DNA of 64,000 nucleotides from the human T2T-CHM13v2.0 reference genome, Homo sapiens. The notes under the pieces were generated by a model that was not told where the DNA came from, did not search any database, and saw only the letters and a program-made list of their open reading frames with translations. Below, piece after piece: positions 14,358 through 33,059 of this stretch. The DNA lies in NCBI RefSeq assembly GCF_009914755.1, contig NC_060947.1. The stretch is one strand, 5' to 3'. The stretch's first letter is position 1. Each line of letters begins with the position of its first letter. Made by a program: the position numbers and the translations under genes.

Positions 14358-15229
14358 ATAACAGAACTCCAAATTTAAGCAAACCTACCAAAATAGCCTA
14401 GAGGTTTGTAGCTGTACAGGAAGGGACAGAGATTCCTGTGGTGGCACCATATGAGCTTGCCCTCAAGGAAGTAAATATTAGGAGTGGGGAAAAATTATAC
14501 TCTCAGAACATTGTGAATTGTCTATTTATGTCTTTTGCCCATTTTTACTCTGCCATTTATTTCTTATTAATATGTAAGAACTACTTTAGTGATATTTTTG
14601 CGTTGAAAACAGTTTTGTCAATTTTGTTCTTATATTTTCAAATTTGGTTTATTGTGTTTTTGCCAATAAGAATTTTTTTGTTTCCAATTTCAGGATATTC
14701 AGATACCTACATATCTCTTTAAGGATTTTGGTTGATGTTTTATGTTTAGAAATGACTTTAGTTGAAAAAAACGATGAAACTTTCTGAAAGATGAATGAGA
14801 AGACCTGAATAAAAAGAGAGATATACATCATGTGCCAGGGCCAGAAGAATTAAAATTTCAGGGAATTGCTTATCCACAAAATAATGTATTAATTCATTGC
14901 AGTACAAATAAGGATGTAGAGGGGCTTTTTAATAGAGCTTGACCAGTCGGATCTTGAAATCGTTTTTAGAAATAAGTTGCCAAAGTAGGCAAGAAAAATA
15001 TGTAAAAGATGTTCTTTACTGAGTCTTTATTATATGGTAAAGGCATTTCTACCTTTGTTTTTCCCAGAAAATCACACACTCTTGTAGTTTGAATGTAAAT
15101 TAAACAGACACATGTTGCCATTCCGCTTTCAACTGCTTTAAAAATGATGATCTTTTCGCTTTAAGGGAATTGCAGTTTAACTTGGTGATCCTCTTCCCTT
15201 TGAGGGAAAGGTCCCCTTGCTATTCCCAT

Positions 15230-15340
15230 CACTGGGAGGGGGCGGAGCCTCGTCGGAGCCGCTCGGAAGGGAGCTGTACCCGGCCAGTATTGGGGGAGGG
15301 GCAGCATTTCAAGAGGCTGCAGCTGACAAGAAGCTTCAAG
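15230..15340 (+). promoter_or_regulatory. GC-box promoter and exon-1 paralog (copy 2)
   Basis: ggggcggagc at about 15239, CpG-rich, donor AAG|GTAATG at 15341. Confidence 0.6.
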
Positions 15341-17536
15341 GTAATGGCTGTCTTAAAGCCAGTTATTTTCTGGGAATTTCTTCGGGCCTTGGTGTTAAAG
15401 TAAAAAAAAGGAAAGAAAAGAAATAGAGATTGTTGCCTGAGAGAGGTGGGAATGGAATGGTTTTGTTTGAACTGCTGTTATTGGAACGGAATTAATCCTC
15501 TGAATTTTTGTTTCGCCCGATATTTTTAAAGTCCTCCGTGTGGGAATGGGCGATCAAATTACAGTTTCTAAATTAAGACTTCGGTGAGACGTGCTGTTCG
15601 TGTTAATTTTTTACGTGGCACTACATATTTCTATCTTTGTTACAGATTTTATTATATTTTGACTTAAACACATTATTCTACACAAAAAATGATAGAAAAA
15701 TGTAAACACACAAAGAGAATGACATATAGGGACACAAATATAAATGTACATGAACATGGAAAGGGATTCAGATATGCCGTCGAGTGGTAACACTTGTAAA
15801 GATGTATATTCGTTTTCCTTAGGAAGGGAACTAGACTCCCGAGTTAACAGTCAGCATCTCTGAGTGTTCATCTCTGAGTGTTCAGATTATGGAAGTTTTT
15901 TTAAAATCTATTTTTCACTACTTCCAGCATTTTTAGAATTGTTTCTATTTGTGCTTGTTTTCATAATAAGAAGAGCAAAATAAAGCCAAAACAGTATACC
16001 CATTTTGTTTCAAATACATAAACACACATAGACACCACAGACACGCTCCCATACTCCCTTGTCTTTTGTGAATAGTGGAATTTTTCCTGGACCTGATCAA
16101 GTGGGTAGCCTGGTTGCTGTGTCAACTACAGCCTTGCATGTGTCCTCCCTGCAGCCCGCTCTTTCAGTCCACAGGTACAGCCATGGTCAGCAAGAACCAC
16201 TTTTCTATATCATCTAAGTGTAAGAGTGAGAAACGGATAGGATTTGGTTTATTTCTATGAACAGTTTTAAACGTATTATGTACTATGGTGCATCCATACA
16301 ATGGCACGTTATATAGCTGACAAATGAAAGTATGAACTTGTAGTGACTTGAAAAGGTGTCTGAGAAGTAAAAAGAGCAAACTGCAGAATGGTAAGCACCA
16401 TATTATGTCATTTAAACATAAAAGACTACATTAATACATGTGTAACCAAATCAGAAAAAATATAAACCAGCCTGCTAATGGAATTATTTGTGCAGTTGAA
16501 GAGATAGGGCAGGCTTTACTATCACTATTTTTGAAAAATTCTTAATACATATTTAGCCTTTTTTTAAAACAAAATCAGAAAAAAGATTGAGGTAAAATGT
16601 TGCAAAGTTGGGGGAAAATTGCATTTGAAGTGATTCACTAAAAAATCACATTGAAAACACTTAGTAGTATGCAAAAATGTTTAAACCATGAGCTTAAGCA
16701 GGACAAAAAGCTGATTTGAAATAATATGCATTCATACGTTTATGTAAAGAAAAAATATGGAAAGATATACAGGAAATAGTATCTTTCCAGAATTATACTT
16801 TCTTTTTATATATCTTTCTCATATTTTCAATTTTCAGTAACCATGCAATTATTTTTCTGCAATCCGACCATTGGAGGTGAAGAGATTCGGATTCCATTTT
16901 TTACGTAATGCATAACAAAACTAAATTTGAGGATGGTATATTCTAGAAGCCTGAGAAAGCTGCTTGCTGGCAGGATGTAGTTCCCACCGTTCTCCCACAA
17001 GGATGTTGTAGTAACAGTTCTGTTTCTCATCACAAGATGGTGCTTGCAAGATATCCTAAATTTTCTCCAGACAACTATTTTTATGAAGTGAGCAAACAAA
17101 ACAATGAAATGTATTTTATTATCAGACTATCTGACAGCATGTAGAGTGTGATTCAAATTCCACTCAAAAAATTGTATATGTCTAAAAGAAAAACCCCACC
17201 CAAGAACTGATGTGAAGCCTCAAACAGAAATCATTAAAAATGCTGCTACATAGTCTGCCCCATAGTAGACACAAGTCAATTGTCCTTTCCCTTCTCTCCT
17301 TTCTCCACCTTGTAATTTTCCTGAATGATATTATTTTAGCATGAGCCAAATAACATAACTGACAAAGAGAGCATTTCATATTATAAGAACATGAAGTGAA
17401 AATAGATGGCATCTACATCACAGATGAGATTTCCCCTCATTCCTGTGTTTTGGAATGACATGCCTGTTAAAGTTTAGGCAGGGAAATTTATTTACACCTT
17501 TTCCATTTCGTTGGTTTGATTCTCTGCCTTTATCAG

Positions 17537-17706
17537 AGATGCACTTGACATGGGAAATCTGCATGTGATGCCAGGTGAGCCTCTGAGAAACAGTGGAACC
17601 ACAAAAGTGCCAAGCAGGGTAAGGGCCCTGCCAGACAAGCAGTTGGAGTAAGAATTAACACAGCTGGATCTTAGCGCCAGACCCACTACTATCTGTGTGA
17701 CAGTGG
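17537..17706 (+). other. Exon-2 paralog (copy 2)
   Basis: Acceptor tttatcAG (17535-17536); candidate donors GTGGGT at 17703 and GTAAGG at 17707; homologous to 8993-9120. Confidence 0.5.
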
Positions 17707-19739
17707 GTAAGGCTTTTCCCATTTCACAAAGCATTTCATGGTAAAAACATTCTAAGTTGAGAATATGGGATACAACTGATTTCACTCTCGCTCAGTAGCC
17801 ATAACATTTTAAATTAAAAGCCACAGATTCTAATGTTGGGAAAGAATTATATATGCTAAACTCCTGTAGGAAAAGTATGCAAACAGTCATAATGATGTCT
17901 AATTATGGAAGACTTGGATGCCCCAGCCATCTGCCTGACTCTCACGAAACCCTTAAAAACAATCCTTTCCAATGGGTGGCCGTGGCAGCCATTATGAATC
18001 TCCGACTTCTAAGTTTTTTCTCTTAAGAAGGTCGTTGTTGTCTGGATTAGTCCAGGGGATGCAGACCCCCAGTATCTGTGTCTGGCTGCCTTGGGTATAC
18101 AGGGCAGCACCGTTAGCTTAGAAGAGTCTAAAAAGAATTCCCCTAGAATAAGCCTTGAGAGACTCCAAAGTACAAAAATATTCATTAATAGGAATAGTGT
18201 CCCCAACATATTCCCCAGCTTTCCCTGGGCATCTCTCACCACCCTCTCATACACACGTATATTCATTCCTTAGATGTAATAACTATAATAAGGGCTACAA
18301 ACTGGGGCATTATAGAACTACTCCTTTTCTTAGATTTTTAAATATTTCCCCCCCAACCACAATATGTTTATTTGTCTTGTGCCCAGTATTTATTCATCTT
18401 TTGTCTTCTCCATTTCCATTGTCCATCTTCCTACTCCTTTGAGAGAAGAAATCCGTTTGCTTATTCTCTTTTTTCTTTGCCTTTCCTTTAAATGTATACC
18501 CTCTAGTATTGCCTATTTGAAATTACTTATTCAAGCTTCCTTGTGAGTTTTCAGGGAGGCATGAACAAGCTACAGAAGAAGAAAACTCTTTAGTAGCCCT
18601 AAGGCAATAGAGGCCTCTAAAACCACTAGTTTTCTGGTTAAACCAGACAAACGCAGACCAGTGACCTAAGAATTTTTGTTAGATGATTGAAAGTTCACTG
18701 ACTGATTTCTAACCTATATCCAGATAATAATTCAGATCTATGGTCTATTTGAAACCTTTTTCCTGTCCCCTTCTTTTCTATGTCTATATCGACCTCTTGC
18801 TTCACACTTAAATTGTCACTGAACTTTAAAAAATTATTCTAACCTTGTAATATATTTTGATATCTGGTAGCACTAGTTGTTCCTCCAGTCCACTAATAAA
18901 GTCAGAACTAGGTCCTAAACCCATGTCTCTATATCTGTTTATGAATTTGGAATACGTAAAAACTTTGCCATAATACTTGCCTGAGGAACTCTGAGGTTTA
19001 GATATTGGATCTTCAACAGTGTCTCATATCTCCTTACTAAAGAACTGATAAGTACCTTTATTTAGAGTGGTGGTGTGTCCAGAGTTGGTTCCTTCCGATG
19101 GGTTCTTGGTCTCGCTGACTTCAAGAATGAAGCTGTGGACCTTCGCAGTGAGTGTTACAGCTCTTAAAGGTGGCACGGGCCCAAAGAGTGAGCAGCAGCA
19201 AGACTTATTGTGAAGAGTGAAAGAATAAAGCTTCCACAGCGTGGAAGGGGACCCGAGTGGGTTGCCACTGCTGGCTGGGGTGGCCAGCTTTTATTCCCTT
19301 ATTTGTCCCCGCCCACGTCGTGCTGATTGGTCCATTTTACACAGCGCTGATTGGTCCATTTTACAGAGTGCTGATTGGTCCATTTTACAGAGTGCTGATT
19401 GGTGCGTTTACAATCCTTTAGCTAGACACAGGGGGCTGATTGGTGCATTTTTATAGAGTGCTGATTGGTGCATTTACAATCCTCTAGCTAGACACAGAAC
19501 ATTGATTTGTGCATTTACAATCCTCTAGCTAGACAGAAAAGTTATCCAAGTCCCCACTAGACCTAGGAAGTCCAGCTGGCTTCACCTCTCAATCCCCGCT
19601 CTAAACAGGACACCCGAACTGCTGTTAGGAATTGGGCAATGACCGCTCTAGCTACTTCCTGCTGGATAGGGGTGAAGAAGGGGCCCTGCAGTTGTAGTGT
19701 CCTCCAGAGGGGAACTCTTTAGGCCAGTCAAAGGGCCGG

Positions 19740-20790
19740 CAGGTCGGTCCATGGGTCCTCAGTAGAAGTTGCTAGTTGAGCTCATTTGGGGTTCCATTTG
19801 TAAGACCATCTGTAGCTTGATGGCCTTGATCCTAGAAGAAATAAATTTGACAAGGAGGTTAAAAATATAGGGCCCAAAGGCGAGTAATAGCAAGATGGCT
19901 GTCACGGGACCTAGAAAGGGGAGAAGCCATGTCGCCCAACTCCAGAGGTTGGTATAAGAGTTTGAAAGTTGTTGTCTGATTTCAGAAGCCTTTTCCTGTA
20001 AACACCAGGCAGAATCTCATACTATCCCTGACTGGTCAGTGTAAAAACAACACTCTTCCCCTAAGAAGGTGTAGTCCTCCTTTCTCAGCAGTGAGGAGGT
20101 CTAGGCCTTGGCGGTTTTGGAGAGTCACTGCTGCCAAAGAGTCTATTTGGGATTGTAGTGTAAGGATAGATTTCATTATTTCTTGCAAACTATCTGAGAA
20201 ATCCTTTGAGAGTGTGTGGTAGTAGGATAATTAAGTAGATAAACTGGCTATTCCAGTTCCTGTAGCAGTAGTCATTCCTAACCCTATAAGTAGGGGTATT
20301 AGTTGTATGGCTCTGTACTGACGGACTTGAGCTTTGAGGGGCACTGATAGGGTCTGATTTCCTGGGGCAGTGTTAATGTTGGGACTTAGGAAGATTAAAG
20401 TGCAGGTGCCTGTCCAGTTAGTGGGGAGGCAGATATAGGTTGATGTTCCACATAAGAAGAATATGTCTTAGCTGGGTAGACAGAACTGGTTGTGTATGTT
20501 AAAAAGGTGTGTGAGTCTGTTGTTTTCATTTTCCCATACTAATAGAGTACTTGCCAAGGTAGCTCTGGTGAGTGGCTGGAAAGGGGTGTTGGGAGCAAAC
20601 TGAGTGGCTCCCTGTGTTCTATTTTCCCATTGGAGAAAAAACTAGGAACCATTCGAGAGGGTGATTGAAAGAGGGGATGAAAAGCCATTCACTAGTGGTG
20701 GGGGCACTGCTGCAGGGGGGTCTGGGGTGAATGGTCACGCAGGGAGTATGTTTGCCATTACAAAACCTGGACTGTTTGTTAGTAAAAGGA
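19740..20790 (-). pseudogene. env: HERV9 env remnant (SU end and TM)
   Basis: Manual translation gives RAIQLIPLLIGLG (fusion peptide), LQNRQGLDLLTAEKGGL (immunosuppressive domain, about 20070-20122) and EECCFY; contains stops/frameshift. Confidence 0.85.
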
Positions 20791-21221
20791 TTCCATTAAA
20801 GGGGCAAGGAGCGGTGTTAAAGATAAAGCTTATGTAGGTTTTCACTTATCTTTTTTAAGGAGGAAGGGGTTTTTCCTCAGGATCAGCAGGAGGAGCCTTT
20901 TTAGTCTGGGATGTTTCCTTCTGAAATAGGAGACACAAATCCTCCAACGGTTTGCAGGTGTATCAAGGCTGGTCTGGCAGATCCTGGGACTCCTGAGCTG
21001 ACGGTCCTGCAGGTTCCTCAGGGGATGTCCAAAGTTTAACTCGGGTGTGGTGAATCCAAGATTCCACTCCTGCCACCTAAACTGCAGTGGGGGTAGAGAG
21101 GATTACTGAGTATGGTCCTTCCCACAAAGAATCCATAGATGGGGAGGTAGAGGGGAGGGATTTGACCAACAATAGATCTCTTGGTTGAAGCAACTCCATT
21201 CCCTTTTCTCTGTGACATCCT

Positions 21222-21790
21222 TCAGGTAGGTTTTTGTACTCCTAGAATTGGGGTGTTGCAGGGACTACTGCATTTTCTTACTAAGCCTTGAGCTTTTAAA
21301 TGTCTAACAATATCCTGTAATACTTTATGAGCTTCAGGTCTTAAGGGATATTGCTTTTGATAAGGAAAAGTGGTGGGGTCTTTTAGCCTGATTTGGACTG
21401 GGTGGGCATTTTTTGCCCTTCCGAATTGTCCTTCCAATGCCCAGACTTCAAGGTTGATTCCCTCCTCAAATAGGGGACAACAAATGGGTAACTTGTTCCC
21501 CATATTCATGTAGATCATAGCTTCAGCTTTGGCTAATATGTCCCTCCCTAATAAGGGTGTGGGACTTTTAGGCATAAGAAAGGCATGTGAAAAGAGCAAA
21601 GTCTCCCAGTTACAAATGAGGAGGTGGGAGAAATACCTGGTTACAGGCTGTCCCAGGATTCCTTGGATGGTAACGGGCCTTGAGGACAGCTGTCTAGGAT
21701 AGGAGATAACACTGAGAAAGACACGCCAGTGTCCAGGAGGAAGTCAATTTCCTGGCCCTCAATGGTTAAACATATCCGGGGCTCAGTGAG
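21222..21790 (-). pseudogene. pol: HERV9 protease and N-terminal RT remnant
   Basis: ORF with PTPLLGRDIL, QYPLRPEA and SPCNTPILGVQKP, then abrupt end. Confidence 0.85.
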
Positions 21791-21899
21791 GGTGATGACA
21801 TGAGCTGGCGCTTGTCCTGGTCACCCTCAGTCCTGTTGTTGGATCATCTGTTTGGGGCTTCTGGCCCAGAGAACCTTTGTCCTTTGGGGCAGTGTGCCT

Positions 21900-23250
21900 T
21901 CCAGTGATTGCCTTGGCATAGTGGACATGGGCGAGGAGGCAGCTTGTTTCTTGTTGGACAATCTTTTTTAAGGTGTCTTTGCAAACCTCACTGGTAACAA
22001 GCCCTACCGGGTGATTGGCCTGCTCCATTTTCTGTCCTCTCTGAACCACCAAGGTTTGTTTGTCTGAAGGCCATGACTAAGGCTGCAGCCTTTCTCTGAT
22101 CTCGCTTTTCCTTTTTGGCCTGTTCCTCTTGGTCCCTATTATAGAACACCGAGGTTGCCAGGTTTAATAATGCCTCCAGATTTTATTCAGGGTCCAGGGC
22201 TCACTTTTGGAGGTTTCTCCTGATACCTGGGGCTGATTGGGTAATAAAATTATCTTTTTGGATCAGTTGACCCTTGAGGGAGTTGGGTGACAGGGGAGTA
22301 TATTTTCTTAAGGCCTCCCATAGCCGCTGGAGAAAGGCAGAAGGATTTTCTTCCTTTCCCTGAGTTATGGTGGACATCATTGAGTAATTCATGGGCTTTT
22401 TCCTAATTCTCCTTAGTCCTTCTAGAACACAGGTCAACAGATGTTTGCAATTCCAGTCCCCATGATCTGAGTCGAGGTCCCAGTAGGGATCCATTACCGG
22501 GGATGGCTTGCTGACCAGTAGGGAATTTGTCCCTTTCTTCAGCTGTCATTCTATCATTTACTTGACTAAGATACCAGATATCTTCAAACTCTTGGGCTGC
22601 AGCTAAAACTGCATTGTTTTCATTAAAGGCCAGGGTTTGATCTAACAATAGCATGACATCTCTCCAAGTGAGATCAAAGGTTTGCTCTAGGCTGTGTAGG
22701 ACATCTATATACCTATCGGGATTGTCTGAAAACTTCCCCAGGTCTGCCTTGATCTGCTTTAAATCAGAGAGGGAGAAGGGGACATGTACCCAGGTTGGGC
22801 CAAATTCCCTTCCCCCTACAGCTTGAAGGGGACATAACCGATAGCCCAGGGGTTTTTGTGGTCCCTTGGAGATTTCTTTGCTTGCTTCCTTCTGGGTGGG
22901 GGAGATTAGAGGAGGCTTATCATTAATAGGAAGGGGAGCTGTAGAAAGGCTAGTATATGGAGGTAAGCTGAGAGGTTCTGCTGTGGGATGTAAATTGCAT
23001 GCTTTGCATAGTTGTGGATTCTCCTTCAATGAAAAGAAAGCTTGGGCATAAGGTATTTCACTCCATTTGCCCTCCCTGTTACAGAAAAGGTCAAGCTGCA
23101 GGATAGTATTGTAATTTATACTTCCCTCAGGTGGCCATTTTTCCCCATCAGACAGAGAATATTGGGGACAGGCCATAGTGCAGAAAAAACATGAGCTACT
23201 TCTTTGTCAGGGTTTGCAGGTCAAATTGGTCCCAATGGCTTAGGATACAT
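21900..23250 (-). pseudogene. gag: HERV9 gag, frameshifted
   Basis: ORFs 22403-23176 ([32 protein letters not shown]) and 22201-22494 (QGKEENPSAF, major homology region). Confidence 0.88.
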
Positions 23251-26200
23251 TTCAAGTGTGAGCCTGTTGATACCTGAGTGTTTCCCATCTGAAAGACAAA
23301 ACTGCCCATGGTTTTGGGTTGTTTGTTCCCCCCACAGCCCAAGAACCTGCAACGGTACCTGGACCCTGCTGATCGGAATAGTTGGGCTCACTGACACAGC
23401 AGCAGATCCCCCTCTTGCCCAAGAACCTGCAGCAGTCCCTGGAACTTGCTGATCAGAGTAGTTGTGCTCACCAGTGCAGCAGCAGAAATACTAGTTTTCC
23501 TCCTAGACCACAAGGAGGACCAAGGAAGGTCAGATTTAGTGGCCCTTACTGACACATTCTCAAAAACCTGCACCCTTGCCTGTCCTCATAGAACACAAAG
23601 AGGACAGAGAAAAATCGGATATAGTGGCCCTGACACATTCTCGAAAACCTGTTAGAGTCCTATGCGCTCTCCTGTTAGTATTGGGACCTTACCCCTGTCC
23701 TATAAAGATGGTATGCCCCAAAACTGAAGTGGAGGGCCATGCCCTGAGGGAGGGAAGGGATCTCCAGGGTTAGAAGAGTGACACCTTTTGTCCTCACTTC
23801 TCATCATATGAATAGGAAGGATATAATTTCTGAGGCTCCCCATATCCTAGCTTCAGGAATAGCTTTTGTTAGGCCTGCTAGTCTGAGGATGGATCCTAAA
23901 ATTCCAGATAGTCCCCCACCATGGGGCTTTGGGCAAAAATTATGTCTTTCTGATTGGTGAGCCCAGGTGCCTAAAGAAGGGAACAGAGTCCTGAGGTTTA
24001 TACTAGAAATTATTCTTATAGGAGAAACTAGAAAAGCACCAGAGATAGGAAGTGGTTTTTAGAAGTGGGACTAGCCTTGGAGAAGAGAGGTGAGAGGAAA
24101 TTTGTCTGACAGGCGTTAGGACCCAAGAGGCAAGGGTCAGTATAGATAGGATAGATGGGTGAGTCTCGCTTGGACGACATGACTTTGAGAGTTCTGCTCA
24201 TAGCCTCAGGGTCAACCAACTTGTTGTCAGGACCCCAGAGCTGAATGGCTTTCCTCTCTGTTGACCTTTGGCTGAGCCCGGAAGTACAGGAAAAGCAGAA
24301 GCTTGTTCCAGGCAAACCAACACTCCCAACTCCGAAGCATTGGGGTTTGTTAGAGAGCCCTTTCCCAAAAATCCTGACACCCATGTCTTTAGTCCGGCAG
24401 CCACGCTAGTTGCTTTTAATTGGCCAACAGGTGCCTGGTATTTAGCCCCCAAATTCTAAGGAAAAATAGAACAGAATAGCAAGAGAAAGGGGTCCAATGG
24501 TACTCACCGCTTAGTGATAGGTGATAGTCCCTTCGTGTTTGCCAAGATGTGTCCAGAGTTGGTTCCTTCTGGTGGGTTCCTGGTCTCACTGACTTCAAGA
24601 ATGAAGCCACGGGCCTTCATGGTGAGTGTTACAGCTCTTAAAGGTGGCACGGACCCAAAGAGTCAGCAGAAGCAAGATTTATTGTGAAGAGTGAAAGAAC
24701 AAAGCTTCCACAGTGTGGAAGGGGACCCAAGCGGGTTGCTGCTGCTGGCTGGGGTGGCCAGCTTTTATTCCCTTATTTGTCCCCATCCACATCCTGCTGA
24801 TTGGTCCATTTTACAGAGTGCTGACTGGTTCATTTTACAGAGTGCCGATTGGTGCATTTACAATATTTTAGCTAGACACAGAGCACTGATTGGTACATTT
24901 TTACAGAGTGCTGATTGGTGCATTTACAATCCTCTAGCTAGACGCAGAGCGTTGATTGGTGCATTTACAATCCTCTAGCTAGACAGAAAAGTTCTCCAAG
25001 TCCCCACTCGACCCAGGAAGTCCAGCTGGCTTCATCTCTCAGTGGCAGGAATAATTTTTGTCCTGTCCTGGTTTTTTTTCTATGGGTGTCTCAGAGAATG
25101 GTGGGATTAAGGGAGGACTCCTTTTTTCTTTAAATTCCCCAGGGCAAACCCCAGATGGGTCTTCCTTCTTGCTTGTTTATGCCAGGAAGAACTCTGAAGT
25201 TTACTCTGTCTACTGGAACATGCAGAGTGCAGTAGAGGTTTATTTGTCTATGCACTGTAATGATGGGGTTGTGAGGTCCTCGTCAAACTTGTTTCCATTT
25301 TATTCCTTTAAAAAATGTTTCCCATTCCATCATCCTGTGTCTTGACTCCTAATAGTTTTATTTATTGGCATGTGTAAGTTTTGCCTGGGAATATCTACAC
25401 ATTGCCTGGGAAGTATAAAATCTCCAATGTGGCAGGTTTATCCCTTTGTCCCTCTAAGTCACTAGTTGGTAATTTTTCTTTTTATTCATATACATTTTAC
25501 CAGGGATTATGGAGTCTCTTTGACCCTGGCAGTGAATCACTAAATCTGGCTTACCTTTTTCTATACTTGGGTTGATCATTATTACTAAGGTTTTCCTGAT
25601 GTTCTTCCTCTTCAGGTGGGCTGATATTCAGTCAGTTGACATTAATAGGATTGAACTCTTTTTTTGCAGTGAAATTCAGTTGTTACTTGTCTGTGCTTCT
25701 GCCTTGGGGGTCATTGAATATTTTGAATATCTATGAAATGTCTAAGATTCCTTGCTTTACCAATGTCTGTGGCCTCCTCATTGTCTTTGGGAGTGTTCTA
25801 ACTGGACTATTTATAGTTGTTATATGGACCTTATGCACTAAAATAATGACATTTATTTATTCTATGACCACTCTGTTTCCCTGTCATACGTTACTCAGCT
25901 TCTGCTTTTAACTGGGTACATATTCTTAACTATATCATTATCTCCAGATTGTAGCATTTTGTTTTCTACTTCTTTCTTCCTCCCCATTTCCTTCCTTCCT
26001 TCCCTCCTCTCTTTCCACTCATATGGTTTAGTGGCATGTGAGAACTTCAGTGTGGTTAGAGACTCTGCCAATGGGGATAAATTTCATGTACTGTACAATG
26101 CTGATGTCATCTGGTTTCTTGACATATGTCCTGTACTAACTAACTCTCAATGAAAGAGATAATTAATGAAGACATGTGTTTTAACAAAGTTATATAACTG

Positions 26201-26489
26201 CATCAAAAGTCACGTGTTGTAGGTGCCCCCCCCATGTTTTAAAGCAATTCAGAAGTACAAGTTAATAAAAATTAATAAAAGAGATCAAAATAATTTACAT
26301 TTTTAACATATTATTTCTACACTACAGAGGGTATTTTTAAACATATCTTGTGGAACCCACAGCCTTCTTTGGCAATCATTGATTCAAAGTACAAATCAAA
26401 ATCCCTATATGTATGTATCCGGATTACTCTCACAGTAAAATACAAATGTCTTATATTGGTCGTATTCTGATTGAATGACTTTTTAAGAC

Positions 26490-27182
26490 CCGGGTTTAAA
26501 GAGGTATAGTTTACATAGAGTTAAATTCACTCTTTTAGATGTACAGTTTGAAGAGCTTTGAGAAAAATGTACCATCATGTAACTACCAATACAGAAAGCT
26601 GTATAACCTTTCCTTTACTCCAAAATGTTCCCTCCTGCCCCATTGTAGTCAATCCATATCTCTGTCAGTTCCTGACAACCACTGATTTGATTTCTGTCCC
26701 TATAGTTTTTCATTTTCCAGAATGTCATACAAATGGAATCATAAAGTATATAGCCTTTTACTTCTGGCTTCTTTCACTTAGCATATTTTTAAAATATTCA
26801 CCAATGTTGTTGCATATATCAGTAATTTATTCCTTAATGTAGCTGAGAGGTATTCTAACATATGGATGTTCTGCAATTTGAGTATCCAATTACCAGTAGA
26901 TTTGTAGTTTTTGGCAATTATGATTAAAGTTGTTAAACATTCTAGAATAGGTCTTTGTGTATACATAAGTTTTCATTTCTCTTGAGTAAATACTTAGGAA
27001 TGGGATTTCTTGGTTTTATGGTAGGTGTGTGCTTAACTACATTAGAAATTGTCAAACTGTTTTCTAAAGTAGCTGTGACATTTTGCATTTCCACCAGCAA
27101 TGTATGAGAGTTCCAGTTGATACACATCATTGCTAGAAGTCGATACTGTCTGTATTTTATTTTATTTTTAATATTAGCTATT
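26490..27182 (-). mobile_element. Old L1M 3' end (continues at 33060 after the younger L1PA)
   Basis: ttccagaatgtcatacaaatggaatcata and ttgcatttccaccagcaatgtatgagagttccagtt motifs. Confidence 0.75.
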
Positions 27183-27202
27183 CCTTTTTTTAACTTTGAA
27201 CC

Positions 27203-33059
<5,857 letters not shown>

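Larger units (their letters stand above)
14770..19073 (+). repeat. Non-coding promoter/5'-UTR module, copy 2 (continues at 25042-25400)
   Basis: Same order of blocks as copies 1 and 3; similarity to copy 1 resumes after the HERV9 provirus. Confidence 0.85.
19074..25041 (-). mobile_element. HERV9 provirus with two LTR12-family LTRs, internally deleted
   Basis: LTRs 24548-25041 (5') and 19074-19591 (3') with TG...CA ends; 4-bp TSD GTGG (19070-19073 and 25042-25045); Arg-type PBS tggcaaacacgaaggga next to the 5' LTR; purine-rich tract before the 3' LTR. Confidence 0.93.

Noticed and set aside
19320-19530. Regularly spaced direct repeats, superficially CRISPR-like
   Set aside because: Normal LTR12 U3 tandem repeats, no unique spacers, mammalian context
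26290-26420. Short match to 47140-47230 (cccaca...ccttctttgg), hinting that copy-2 downstream DNA resumes after the 3' UTR
   Set aside because: Too short and AT-rich to support by eye; needs a formal alignment
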